A stretch of 64,000 bases of DNA, taken from the NCBI GenBank assembly GCA_041737355.1, contig JBGSRW010000008.1:24466-88465 (forward strand), given 5' to 3'. The position numbers and the translations under genes are program-made. Under the pieces are notes generated by a model that was given only the letters and a program-made list of their open reading frames with translations, had not been told where the DNA came from and made no database searches. Positions within the stretch are counted from its first letter, which is position 1. Each line of letters opens with the position of its first letter. Positions 16,701 to 25,740 of this stretch are shown here, piece after piece. The stretch is from Patescibacteria group bacterium (GTDB taxonomy: Bacteria > Patescibacteriota > Patescibacteriia > XYB2-FULL-38-15).

Positions 16701-16755
16701 GGGACATTTTGTAGTATAATTAATTTAATATACCAAAAAGAAAGGAGGTGAAAGA

Positions 16756-17217
16756 ATGTTTAAAAATAAAAAAGGTTTCACTTTGATCGAATTGTTGGTG
16801 GTTATCGCCATCATCGGTCTTCTCTCGACTTTGGCGGTCGTTGCCTTGAGCAGCGCGAGAACCAAAGCCAGAGATTCAAAACGCGTGGCCGACATGAAGC
16901 AGGTTCAGACAGCCATGGAAATGGTTTTCAGCGAAGCCAACAGCTACGCCTTGGCTGGATGCACAACGGCCGGTAATAAGGTCAGCCTCTGCACCACGCC
17001 GCTCTCAACTTATTTGCCGAACGTCGCCAATCTTAAGGATCCGAAGGGGTTAAGCGCTTGCGCCGTAGCTTGTGATGGAACAATCACCGCGGCCTGCGAT
17101 TACTCGGTTAAAACCGTGCCGACTGCAAGTACTTACGAGTTTTGTTTCTATTTGGAAACAGCTACGGGCGATTTAGCGGCCGGAGCCCATAAAGTTACGC
17201 CAGCTGGGATTCAATAG
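16756..17217 (+). CDS. pilA: type IV pilin, paralog 2
   Basis: It has the same prepilin N-terminus. The first 101 nt of the CDS plus 16 nt of the RBS are identical to paralog 1. The C-terminal domain diverges. Confidence 0.9.
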   Translation: MFKNKKGFTLIELLVVIAIIGLLSTLAVVALSSARTKARDSKRVADMKQVQTAMEMVFSEANSYALAGCTTAGNKVSLCTTPLSTYLPNVANLKDPKGLSACAVACDGTITAACDYSVKTVPTASTYEFCFYLETATGDLAAGAHKVTPAGIQ

Positions 17218-17285
17218 CCGAATTTTTGATGCATCAAAACAAAAGCCCTTTTATCAGGGTTTTTGTTTTTTTTATAAGGTTTTTG

Positions 17286-17294
17286 TGCTATAAT
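17286..17294 (+). promoter_or_regulatory. extended -10 promoter (TGCTATAAT) upstream of pilD
   Basis: An exact 9-mer. Confidence 0.5.
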
Positions 17295-17305
17295 TTAATA
17301 ATATG

Positions 17306-17437
17306 CCCCGTTAGAAGTCTTTGACGGAAAAATTTTTTAATAAAATTTTTCCTTGTGGCAGAACGGGGATTATACACGAATTTTTTCTTTTTTAAAAGAC
17401 GCAAATAAACATTTAAAATTATAAACTTCTAACGGGG
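17306..17437 (+). promoter_or_regulatory. pilD leader with a 13-bp long-range inverted repeat and an alternative pairing partner
   Basis: CCCCGTTAGAAGT (17306-17318) is the exact reverse complement of ACTTCTAACGGGG (17425-17437), which ends 1 nt before the ATG. A decoy AACGGGG lies at 17362-17368. There is an inner 9-bp hairpin, GGAAAAATT/AATTTTTCC (17326-17352). Confidence 0.5.
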
Positions 17438-17438
17438 T

Positions 17439-18224
17439 ATGGCGCTAATTATCGTCTTTATTTTTGGCTTAGTCATCGGAAGTTTTTTGAATGTCGTAAT
17501 CTGGAGACTGCATACGGGGGAATCGGCTCTAAAAGGCCGCTCTTATTGTCCGAAATGCAAGCACCGCTTGGATTTTTTTGATTTATTTCCGGTCATGAGT
17601 TTTGTAATCCAGGGAGGAAAGTGCCGTTATTGCCGCGAGTCAATTTCCTGGCAATATCCGTTTGTTGAATTGGCTACGGCCGCGCTTTTTGTCATGGCTT
17701 ATGTAATTTCCGATTTTTCCGCCGAAGGAGGATTGGTCTTGGGTAGGCAACTTTTAATTCTGCTGAAGTATTGGTTTGTTGTCTCCGCGATGATTATAGT
17801 TTTTGTTTATGACGCTAAACATTATTTGATTTTGGACAAAGTAATCTATCCCGCGGCAGCCGTCGCGTTTTTTGCCAGTCCGCTTCTTTCGGGAGACGTT
17901 TGGTGGCGGGGAATTCCGGACGGTCTTTTAGCGGCGGCGATCGGCGGCGGATTTTTTCTTTTTCAATATGCCGTGTCAAAAGGAAAATGGATTGGCGGAG
18001 GGGACGTAAAATTGGGATTTTTGATGGGTTTATTTTTAGGTGTTAAGGGTTTGCTTGTGGCTTTCTTTTTTTCTTATTGCCTCGGGGCCGTCGTCGGGCT
18101 TGGTCTTGTCGCGGCCGGCAGAAAAAACATGAAAGGCCAGCTTCCTTTCGGGACTTTTTTGGCCGCCGGAACCCTTATCGCTTTATTTTGGGCCGAACCG
18201 ATCTTGAAATGGTATTTAAATTAA
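17439..18224 (+). CDS. pilD: prepilin peptidase / N-methyltransferase PilD
   Basis: 261-aa polytopic protein with a CPKC...CRYC zinc motif and the peptidase A24 motif GGGDVKL. Confidence 0.9.
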   Translation: MALIIVFIFGLVIGSFLNVVIWRLHTGESALKGRSYCPKCKHRLDFFDLFPVMSFVIQGGKCRYCRESISWQYPFVELATAALFVMAYVISDFSAEGGLVLGRQLLILLKYWFVVSAMIIVFVYDAKHYLILDKVIYPAAAVAFFASPLLSGDVWWRGIPDGLLAAAIGGGFFLFQYAVSKGKWIGGGDVKLGFLMGLFLGVKGLLVAFFFSYCLGAVVGLGLVAAGRKNMKGQLPFGTFLAAGTLIALFWAEPILKWYLN

Positions 18225-18225
18225 A

Positions 18226-18741
18226 ATGAAAAAAGGTTTTACAATAATAGAGCTCCTGGTTGCCCTGGGTGTTTTTGTTGTCGTGACGGCCATGGTCGTT
18301 GCAAATTTCCGGGCCGGCGGCCGGAGCGACGAACTCCGAATCGCCGCCGAGACACTTATTTCCAACCTGAGAAAAGCCCAGAATATGTCCTTAGCCGGCC
18401 AGCTCACGAACGGCGTCAGCCCGCCAGGCGGTTACGGAGTTTATTTCAAATTGTCCGATGCCGATCGATATATTATTTTTTCGGACCTTGACGGAGATTT
18501 GGGATATACCGCGGGCGAAGCTCTTTTAGACGGAACAATAATTTTGCCAAAAGATATCAGAATTTCAAATATCCAGCCGGCAGCCGTCTCAAGTGCAATT
18601 TTTAAACCGCCAAAACCGGTTATTTATATCAATGGGGGAATTTCCGAGGCGACTCTTTCAGTGACCTTACAGCATAATTTGAGTGGCAAGACGCGGACTG
18701 TCACGGTTAAGAGAATTTCGGGACAAATCGGAACCGAATAA
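18226..18741 (+). CDS. minor pilin (GspH/FimT-like)
   Basis: Prepilin-type N-terminus MKKGFTIIELLVALGVF. Confidence 0.75.
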   Translation: MKKGFTIIELLVALGVFVVVTAMVVANFRAGGRSDELRIAAETLISNLRKAQNMSLAGQLTNGVSPPGGYGVYFKLSDADRYIIFSDLDGDLGYTAGEALLDGTIILPKDIRISNIQPAAVSSAIFKPPKPVIYINGGISEATLSVTLQHNLSGKTRTVTVKRISGQIGTE

Positions 18742-18747
18742 TTTTTT

Positions 18748-19350
18748 ATGGATTTTAATTATAAAAATTTAAAGTCTGAGACGGGTCAAAGCTTGGTGGA
18801 AATGATTATTGCCATCGCGATTATTTTAACCGGCTTGATCGGCGCGATTGCCTTGACTATCTCAAATTTAAGCGGATCGGCGGAAGCCGGAACCATGGTT
18901 GTCGCGACAAATTTGGCAAAAGAGGGGATCGAGGTGGCAAGAAATATCAGGGACGCGAATTGGTTAAAAAATTTGGCATGGGACAACGGTTTGTCTTCGG
19001 GCGCGGATTACACGGCAATAGCGGTTTTCAATCCGGCGACAAAACAATGGGGCCTCGATTTTTTACCAAACAGTATTTCCGACGCGGCGGCGAAACTTTA
19101 TCTTTCGGCGGATAATTTATATCTTCAAAACTCAACTCCGCCGGTAGGAAATCAGACGATTTATTCCAGAATTTTGACGTTCGGCCAAATTTGTTTTAAT
19201 ACATCAACTAAAACTGAAACTGTAAGCGACAGTCCTTGTGGAGGGGGAGAAAATAAAATCGGTATAAGAATAAAGGCCGATGTGGCTTGGATTTTGAGCG
19301 GGAAGTCGAGGAGTCTGACGGTTGAAGATAAAATTTACAACTGGCGGTAA
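18748..19350 (+). CDS. minor pilin (PilV-like)
   Basis: Prepilin-like N-terminus ...TGQSLVEMIIAIAIILTGLIG. Confidence 0.65.
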   Translation: MDFNYKNLKSETGQSLVEMIIAIAIILTGLIGAIALTISNLSGSAEAGTMVVATNLAKEGIEVARNIRDANWLKNLAWDNGLSSGADYTAIAVFNPATKQWGLDFLPNSISDAAAKLYLSADNLYLQNSTPPVGNQTIYSRILTFGQICFNTSTKTETVSDSPCGGGENKIGIRIKADVAWILSGKSRSLTVEDKIYNWR

Positions 19351-19351
19351 T

Positions 19352-19924
19352 ATGAATAAAAAGGGATTTACCTTGGTAGAAATGATGGTAGTTCTGGCAA
19401 TTTTTTCGGTTGCCACGGTTGTGGTTGTCGATATTTTTATGATGGCGTCGCGCGCCGAACGCCGGACTTTGGCTATTCAAAAAATCCAGTCCGACGCGCG
19501 TTATTCGCTAGAAGCCATGGCGCGGGAAATCAGGATGGACATGATTGATTACGATTATTACAACGGAACAATAAATGAAGTGCCAAGCGGAACTTTGGCT
19601 TTGCGCGACCAGGACGACAACCAGATAATTTTCAAAAAAAGCAATGGGAATTGTCCGATCGGTACGACGAATTGCCTGGTTGTTTCTTTGGATGGTACAA
19701 ACTGGGAAAGCATCACTGCCCCGGGAATTGATGTGCTTGATCTAAAATTTTATATTGATCCGACGGTTGATCCATTTAAACCTAACGCCGGTTTTACTTA
19801 CGATTCGGATAATCATCCCAGAGTAACGATTGTTCTTGTGTCAAAAGGCGTCGGCGGGCGTCCGGACGAGCAGCAGACAGTATATTTGCAGACGACCGTT
19901 TCAAATAGAATTTATAGAAGATAA
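19352..19924 (+). CDS. minor pilin (PilW-like)
   Basis: MNKKGFTLVEMMVVLAIFSVA prepilin N-terminus. ATG 19352 is used rather than the upstream 19322 start, which overlaps the previous gene. Confidence 0.7.
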   Translation: MNKKGFTLVEMMVVLAIFSVATVVVVDIFMMASRAERRTLAIQKIQSDARYSLEAMAREIRMDMIDYDYYNGTINEVPSGTLALRDQDDNQIIFKKSNGNCPIGTTNCLVVSLDGTNWESITAPGIDVLDLKFYIDPTVDPFKPNAGFTYDSDNHPRVTIVLVSKGVGGRPDEQQTVYLQTTVSNRIYRR

Positions 19925-19930
19925 AAAGCA

Positions 19931-20791
19931 ATGAGAAAAAAAAGATTTAAAAAACAAACGGGCAACGTACTTCTTTTGTCTTTACTCGTCATGGCGGGGA
20001 TTATGACGGCCGGGCTTGGCATTGGTGCGATTATTATAAATGAAATAAGGCAGGCGCGGAATATTGATTTTTCGGCTCTGGCCTATTACGCCGCCGAGTC
20101 GGGAGTCGAACAGGCGCTATACAAACTTCGGAAAGAGGAAGCGCTCCTAAATTGTCCGGCCGGAGTTTGCGGTGGGAACGGTTTTTGCACTACGGGAAAC
20201 CAGGAGCCGTGCTTGAAGAATAGCGAAAATTTGAGTAATCAATCCTCTTGGACAAGAGCCGTAACCGATAAGGAATGGCAAATTTATGGTAAAATCAAAA
20301 AAGACGAAACGCTCCAGGTAGATCTTTACGATCCGGAAGGAACCTCGGCGGCCGGAGTTGAATCGGTCAAGATCCAGTGGACACCGCAATGCGTCCCGCC
20401 GGCCGTTTCAACGATCGAGATTTCCTACATTGCCTGGAATCCGGCAACCGGTTGGTCGCAAGATACGGAAAAGAAATTCAAATATTCCGCCTTGGCAAGC
20501 CCGGTGATTAATAACGGTTTCAGCAACGTTAAATCTTACCGGATGAGAATTAAATCGCTTTACTGCGATATCAGTAATTTGATAGTCACTGCCTGGGGAA
20601 ACGACAATGCCAACGTACCACAGGTACAGATTCCGGCGAGGATTGTTTTGAATTCAACCGGACAGTACAGCAATCTCCGCCAGGCGATTAAAATGACTAT
20701 GCCGCGGAAATCGCCGATGTCGGGATTGTACGACTATGTTTTATTCAGTGAGTGTTCTTTGGTTAAAGGCGAGGCGGCAACTTGTCCGTAA
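19931..20791 (+). CDS. PilX-like pilus-associated protein
   Basis: N-terminal hydrophobic segment GNVLLLSLLVMAGIMTAGLG followed by ALAYYAAESGVEQALYKL, a PilX N-terminal-like pattern. Confidence 0.55.
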   Translation: MRKKRFKKQTGNVLLLSLLVMAGIMTAGLGIGAIIINEIRQARNIDFSALAYYAAESGVEQALYKLRKEEALLNCPAGVCGGNGFCTTGNQEPCLKNSENLSNQSSWTRAVTDKEWQIYGKIKKDETLQVDLYDPEGTSAAGVESVKIQWTPQCVPPAVSTIEISYIAWNPATGWSQDTEKKFKYSALASPVINNGFSNVKSYRMRIKSLYCDISNLIVTAWGNDNANVPQVQIPARIVLNSTGQYSNLRQAIKMTMPRKSPMSGLYDYVLFSECSLVKGEAATCP

Positions 20792-20796
20792 AAATT

Positions 20797-22872
20797 ATGA
20801 ACAAAGAAGAAGCTAAAAAAAGAATAGAAAAATTAAAAGCGGAAATAGATCACCACCGCTATCTTTATCATGTCCTGGACCGTCAGGAGATTTCCGACGC
20901 GGCGTTGGATTCCTTAAAGCACGAATTGTATAAACTGGAGCAGGAATTTCCCGAATTTATAACTTCCGATTCGCCGACCCAAAGAGTCGGAGGCGAACCA
21001 TTGCCGGAATTTAAAAAATGGCAGCATGGAACGCCGATGCTTTCGATCGAGGATGTTTTTAGCGAAGAAGAATTGCTCGACTGGAAAAATCGGATTCAAA
21101 AATTAACACCGAACGAAGAATTCAATTATTACGCGGAAATAAAAATGGACGGCCTGGCCATGTCTTTGGTTTATGAAAAAGGTTACTTGAAAGTCGGTGC
21201 GACGCGGGGAGACGGGAAGACGGGGGAGGATGTGACTAATAATTTGAAAACAATTGAGGCGATTCCCTTGCAGCTTAGAATTCCTGAAGAAAAGGAAATC
21301 GACGAATTTATAAGAAAATTTGGCAAAGACGGTCTGGACGAGAAAAAATTACGCCAGTCTCTTAAAAAATTGCCGGAAAGAGTCGAAGCGCGCGGCGAGG
21401 CTTTCATGACTAAAAAAGTTTTTGACGGATTGAACAAGGCGCAGGAGGCATCCGGTCTTCCGGTTTTTGCCAATCCCCGTAACGCGGCGGCTGGCAGCAT
21501 AAGGCAGCTCGATTCAAAAATTACCGCCAGCCGGAAACTCGATTTTTACGGCTATGCGCTTTTGACTGATTTTGGTCAGACGACTCATGAGCAAATCCAC
21601 GAAATTTTGAAGTTAATTGGCATTAAAGTTAATCCCCTTAACCGATCTTGCAAAAACCTTGATGAAGTCCTGGCTTATCATGAAGAAATCGGCAAAAAGC
21701 GGCCGCATCTCCCGTATTGGACCGACGGGGTGGTTGTGAATATCAATAAAATTAAAACTTTGGAAAAACTGGGCGTAGTCGGCAAAACGCCGCGCGGCAT
21801 GATCGCTTTTAAGTTTCCCCCGGAGCAGGCGACAACAATTGTCCGCGAAGTGGTTTGGCAGGTCGGGCGGACCGGAGCCGTGACGCCGGTTGCGGTTATG
21901 GATCCGGTTTTTATTGCCGGAACGACCGTAACACATTCGACGCTACATAACATGGATGAAATTGAACGGCTCGGCTTGAAAGTAGGGGACACGGTGATTA
22001 TTGAAAAGGCCGGCGATGTGATTCCAAAAGTGGTAAAAGTTCTGCCCAATCTCAGGACCGGAAAGGAAAAGAAAATCAGCCCGCCTGCGGCTTGTCCGCG
22101 TTGCGAAACAAAACTGGTCCATGAAGACGGCGAGGTGGCGATTTATTGTCCTAACAAAAAATGTTTTGCCCGTTCAATGCGGCAGATCAGATATTTCGTT
22201 TCCAAAAAAGCTTTTAACATAGATGGACTGGGTAATAAAATTGTTGAGCGGTTTTTGGACGAAGGATTGATCCGCGACGCGGCCGACATTTTTGAACTGG
22301 AAGCTGGCGATATTTTGCCGCTGGAGAGGTTCGCGGAAAAGTCGGCGGCTAATTTAATCGAAGCGATTGAAAAAAGCAAAAAAATTCCCCTGAGCCGTTT
22401 TATTTTTTCTTTGGGGATACGCCATGTCGGCGAAGAAACCGCGGTTGATCTGGCCAATTATTTCGGCAGTTTGGAAAAGCTCGAAAACGCAAATCTTGAA
22501 ACGCTCCAGGCCGTGCCAAATATCGGCGGAGTAATGGCCGAAAGTATTTTGGAATGGTTCTGCGACAAAGGTAATGAAGATTTTTTAGAGAGATTGCTAA
22601 AACATGTTTCTATTATCAAGCCCGTCGCTACCAAAAAAATTTGGCAGGGCTTGAAATTTGTTCTGACCGGAAGTCTGGAGAGCCTGACCCGCGACCAGGC
22701 CAAAGAAAAAATAAAGATGATGGGCGGCGATGTGGTAAGCTCGGTATCGCGCGAAACCGATTATGTCGTAGCCGGCAGCGATCCGGGGTCAAAATACGAT
22801 TACGCGCAGCGGCTCGGAGTGAAAATAATTGATGAAAAAGAATTTCTAAAAATGCTGGAAAAGGCTGGTTAA
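20797..22872 (+). CDS. ligA: NAD-dependent DNA ligase LigA
   Basis: It has the adenylation motif KMDGLA, a Zn finger (CPRCETKLVHEDGEVAIYCPNKKC), HhH repeats and a C-terminal BRCT domain. ATG 20797 is used. Confidence 0.95.
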   Translation: MNKEEAKKRIEKLKAEIDHHRYLYHVLDRQEISDAALDSLKHELYKLEQEFPEFITSDSPTQRVGGEPLPEFKKWQHGTPMLSIEDVFSEEELLDWKNRIQKLTPNEEFNYYAEIKMDGLAMSLVYEKGYLKVGATRGDGKTGEDVTNNLKTIEAIPLQLRIPEEKEIDEFIRKFGKDGLDEKKLRQSLKKLPERVEARGEAFMTKKVFDGLNKAQEASGLPVFANPRNAAAGSIRQLDSKITASRKLDFYGYALLTDFGQTTHEQIHEILKLIGIKVNPLNRSCKNLDEVLAYHEEIGKKRPHLPYWTDGVVVNINKIKTLEKLGVVGKTPRGMIAFKFPPEQATTIVREVVWQVGRTGAVTPVAVMDPVFIAGTTVTHSTLHNMDEIERLGLKVGDTVIIEKAGDVIPKVVKVLPNLRTGKEKKISPPAACPRCETKLVHEDGEVAIYCPNKKCFARSMRQIRYFVSKKAFNIDGLGNKIVERFLDEGLIRDAADIFELEAGDILPLERFAEKSAANLIEAIEKSKKIPLSRFIFSLGIRHVGEETAVDLANYFGSLEKLENANLETLQAVPNIGGVMAESILEWFCDKGNEDFLERLLKHVSIIKPVATKKIWQGLKFVLTGSLESLTRDQAKEKIKMMGGDVVSSVSRETDYVVAGSDPGSKYDYAQRLGVKIIDEKEFLKMLEKAG

Positions 22873-22902
22873 TTAACAATGACGGTAGTATAATAAGCCA
22901 AT

Positions 22903-23196
22903 ATGAAGTTAGCCAAACAAGAAGTCGAACATATTGCAAAATTGGCGAGGCTGGAGTTGACGGAAAAGGAAAAGGAGAAATTTGCTATTCAGCTTTCTTC
23001 CATTTTAGGTTATGTCCAAAATTTGCAAAAAGTAGATTTGAGCAAGGCGGAGCCCACAGCGCAGGTAACCGGACTCCAAAGTGTCAGCCGGCCGGATGAG
23101 GTTAAAAAATGCGATGAGGAAACAATGAAAAAATTGGTTGAAGCCGCGCCCGAGCGAATTGATAATTTGGTCAAAGTAAAAGCGGTTTTTGAATAA
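22903..23196 (+). CDS. gatC: Asp/Glu-tRNA amidotransferase subunit C
   Basis: 97 aa with VEHIAKLARLELTEKEKEKF... and the GatC length and pattern. It is followed directly by gatA. Confidence 0.85.
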   Translation: MKLAKQEVEHIAKLARLELTEKEKEKFAIQLSSILGYVQNLQKVDLSKAEPTAQVTGLQSVSRPDEVKKCDEETMKKLVEAAPERIDNLVKVKAVFE

Positions 23197-23197
23197 T

Positions 23198-24595
23198 ATG
23201 AAATTGAATGAACTTACAATTAAAGAAGCGCACGAAGGATTGTTGAAGAAAAAATTTACTTCGGTTGAATTGACTGAGGCCTGTTTAGTCGAGATAAAAA
23301 AGCTGAATAAAAAGCTCAACGTTTTTGTTACTGTTACCGAATATGAGGCGATTGAAGCGGCCAAAGCGGTTGATAAAAAAATCGCAAAAGGCGGAAAGAT
23401 AGGAATTCTGGAAGGCATTCCCGCGGCGATCAAAGACAATATTTTGGTCAGAGATATCCGTTGTACGGCGGCCTCAAGGATTTTAGAAAACTATGTCGCT
23501 CCATACGATGCCACGGTTATAGAAAAATTAAAATCGGCCGGGGCAATAATTTTGGGGAAAACCAATCTGGACGAATTTGCCATGGGCGGCTCGACGGAAA
23601 ATTCGTATTTCGGTCCGACAAAAAATCCGCATGATCCGGCGTGCGTTTCCGGCGGATCCTCCGGCGGTTCGGCCGCGGCAGTGGCAGCCAATATGTGCAT
23701 TTGGGCGCTTGGCTCGGACACCGGCGGTTCGGTCCGAGAGCCGGCGTCTTTTTGCGGAGTGACCGGCATGAAGCCGACTTACGGCGCTGTTTCCCGCTAC
23801 GGCCTGATGGCCATGGCTTCGAGTTTGGACCAAATCGGGCCGATTACGAAAAACGCGGAGGACGCGGAGATTATTTTTGAGGCAATCCGGGGCAAGGACA
23901 AGATGGATTCCACAACGGTTGAAAGGGAAATAAAGAAAAATAACAAGATATTAAAAATCGGCTTGCCGAAAGAATATTTTGCCGAAGGGCTGGACAGCAA
24001 AGTGGAAAAGAAAATCAGGGAAGCGGTGGCAAAACTTGAAGGAGTCGGAATAAAAATTCAGGAAGTAAGCTTACCGCACACCGAATATTCGCTGGCGGTT
24101 TATTACTTGATTATGCCGGCCGAGGTTTCCTCAAATCTCGCGCGCTACGACGGGGTAAGATACGGCTACAGCACCAAAAAATCAAAAACACTTCTGGAAA
24201 ATTATTTGAAAAGCCGGGCCGAAGGTTTTGGCGACGAAGCGAAGCGCAGAATCATGCTTGGGACTTACGCCCTTTCGGCCGGATATTATGACGCATATTA
24301 TTTGCAGGCACAAAAGATGCGGACCTTGATTCGGCAGGATTTCGAAAAAGTTTTCAAGGAAGTTGATTGCCTTATCACTCCGACCGCGCCGACAACCGCT
24401 TTCAAAATCGGAGAAAAAATCAATGATCCGCTGACAATGTATCTTGCCGATATTTATACTGTTTCCGCCAATGTTGCCGGAGTCCCGGCCATTTCCGTTC
24501 CCTGCGGCTTAGCCAATAAAATGCCGGTCGGTTTGCAGATTATGGCGTCGTGGTTTAACGAAGAAAAATTATTCCAAGCAGCTAAATTAATTTAA
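23198..24595 (+). CDS. gatA: Asp/Glu-tRNA amidotransferase subunit A
   Basis: It carries the amidase signature (GGSSGGSAAAVAA, DTGGSVR). No gatB follows. Confidence 0.9.
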   Translation: MKLNELTIKEAHEGLLKKKFTSVELTEACLVEIKKLNKKLNVFVTVTEYEAIEAAKAVDKKIAKGGKIGILEGIPAAIKDNILVRDIRCTAASRILENYVAPYDATVIEKLKSAGAIILGKTNLDEFAMGGSTENSYFGPTKNPHDPACVSGGSSGGSAAAVAANMCIWALGSDTGGSVREPASFCGVTGMKPTYGAVSRYGLMAMASSLDQIGPITKNAEDAEIIFEAIRGKDKMDSTTVEREIKKNNKILKIGLPKEYFAEGLDSKVEKKIREAVAKLEGVGIKIQEVSLPHTEYSLAVYYLIMPAEVSSNLARYDGVRYGYSTKKSKTLLENYLKSRAEGFGDEAKRRIMLGTYALSAGYYDAYYLQAQKMRTLIRQDFEKVFKEVDCLITPTAPTTAFKIGEKINDPLTMYLADIYTVSANVAGVPAISVPCGLANKMPVGLQIMASWFNEEKLFQAAKLI

Positions 24596-24599
24596 AAAT

Positions 24600-25187
24600 A
24601 TGCTTAAACCAGCAAGTTTTAAAAAAGGAAAAACAACCAGCCAATATACGCCAAAAAAATCAAAGGCAGACAAGATAACGGCCGGACATACGCCGCGCGT
24701 TGCCCCGAGCTGGTATGAGGCAGAAGTGAAAAAGAAAAAAACGATCCGGCAATGTTCGCGCTGCGGGGCGGTTTATCTTGATAATCATTGGCACACCATT
24801 CCCGATTTTGCGAAAATTTACGCAATGTCTTTGCTCAAAAAAGAAATCATTAAGGAACTATGTGCCGAGTGCAAGTGGGTTGTCGGAGGCAAGAACAAAA
24901 CCGGCTGGGAAGGGGAGTTGATTTTGGAAAATTTGGTTTCCGAAGAAAAAAGTGAAATTTTAAATCTGGCCAGAAATGTTGGGATCCGCGCTACTTTGCG
25001 CGATCCGGAAGACCAAATTATAAAAATTGAAGATACGGGTGATAAAGTCAGGATTACCACCACGGAGAATCAACTGGCAGTCTCGATCGGCAAGCAAATT
25101 GCGAGCGCTTTCAAGGGTGGGAAGTTGGAAATTATTTGGTCCGACGAAGACGCGCCGGCAAGAGTCAGATGGATGAGAAAAAAATAA
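24600..25187 (+). CDS. hypothetical protein with CxxC...CxxC zinc-ribbon-like cysteines
   Basis: 195 aa with CSRCGAVY...CAECKW and native AT-rich composition. Confidence 0.6.
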   Translation: MLKPASFKKGKTTSQYTPKKSKADKITAGHTPRVAPSWYEAEVKKKKTIRQCSRCGAVYLDNHWHTIPDFAKIYAMSLLKKEIIKELCAECKWVVGGKNKTGWEGELILENLVSEEKSEILNLARNVGIRATLRDPEDQIIKIEDTGDKVRITTTENQLAVSIGKQIASAFKGGKLEIIWSDEDAPARVRWMRKK

Positions 25188-25188
25188 A

Positions 25189-25650
25189 ATGGACATAACG
25201 CTTCAATTTAATATTATTACGCTTCTGAAGACGATCGCCGTCGTTGTTGTCGCCGGTATTTTTATTTTTTTTATTTATCGCGGATACAAAGCGATTACAA
25301 TTTTTTTTAAAAGCAAGGAGTATAATCTCGATAAAAAGGGGATTGGGAAAAGGTGGCAGGAGATAGAGGCAATGCTCGGGCAGCCCGGCGAGATGAATTA
25401 TAAATTGGCGGTGATGGAAGCGGACAAACTCCTGGATTTTGTTTTGAAATCAATGTCCATGTCGGGGGGCGATATGGGGCAGAGAATCAGGTTTGCCAGT
25501 TTTAAATATAGACGGCTTAGAAAAGTTTGGTGGGCGCATCTTTTACGGAACCAACTTGTTCATGAAGCGACTTTTTCTCTGAATCACGGTACGGCAAAAA
25601 AAGCGATAAAAACTTTTGAGACGGCTCTTCGGGAGCTGGGTGCGCTATAA
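25189..25650 (+). CDS. hypothetical membrane-anchored protein
   Basis: 153 aa with one N-terminal TM segment (LLKTIAVVVVAGIFIFFIY). Confidence 0.6.
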   Translation: MDITLQFNIITLLKTIAVVVVAGIFIFFIYRGYKAITIFFKSKEYNLDKKGIGKRWQEIEAMLGQPGEMNYKLAVMEADKLLDFVLKSMSMSGGDMGQRIRFASFKYRRLRKVWWAHLLRNQLVHEATFSLNHGTAKKAIKTFETALRELGAL

Positions 25651-25692
25651 AATTATATTATTAGATTTTGAGCAATCTCTGTGAAGTTGAGG

Positions 25693-25723
25693 TTGCATTT
25701 TTTTGGGTTCGTTGCAATATAAA
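25693..25723 (+). promoter_or_regulatory. candidate promoter of the GC-rich kinase-like island
   Basis: TTGCAT (25693-25698) plus an AT-rich -10 region (TGCAATATAAAAT, 25713-25725), followed by the SD GGAGGAAGGAG. Confidence 0.4.
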
Positions 25724-25740
25724 ATGATGGAGGAAGGAGA

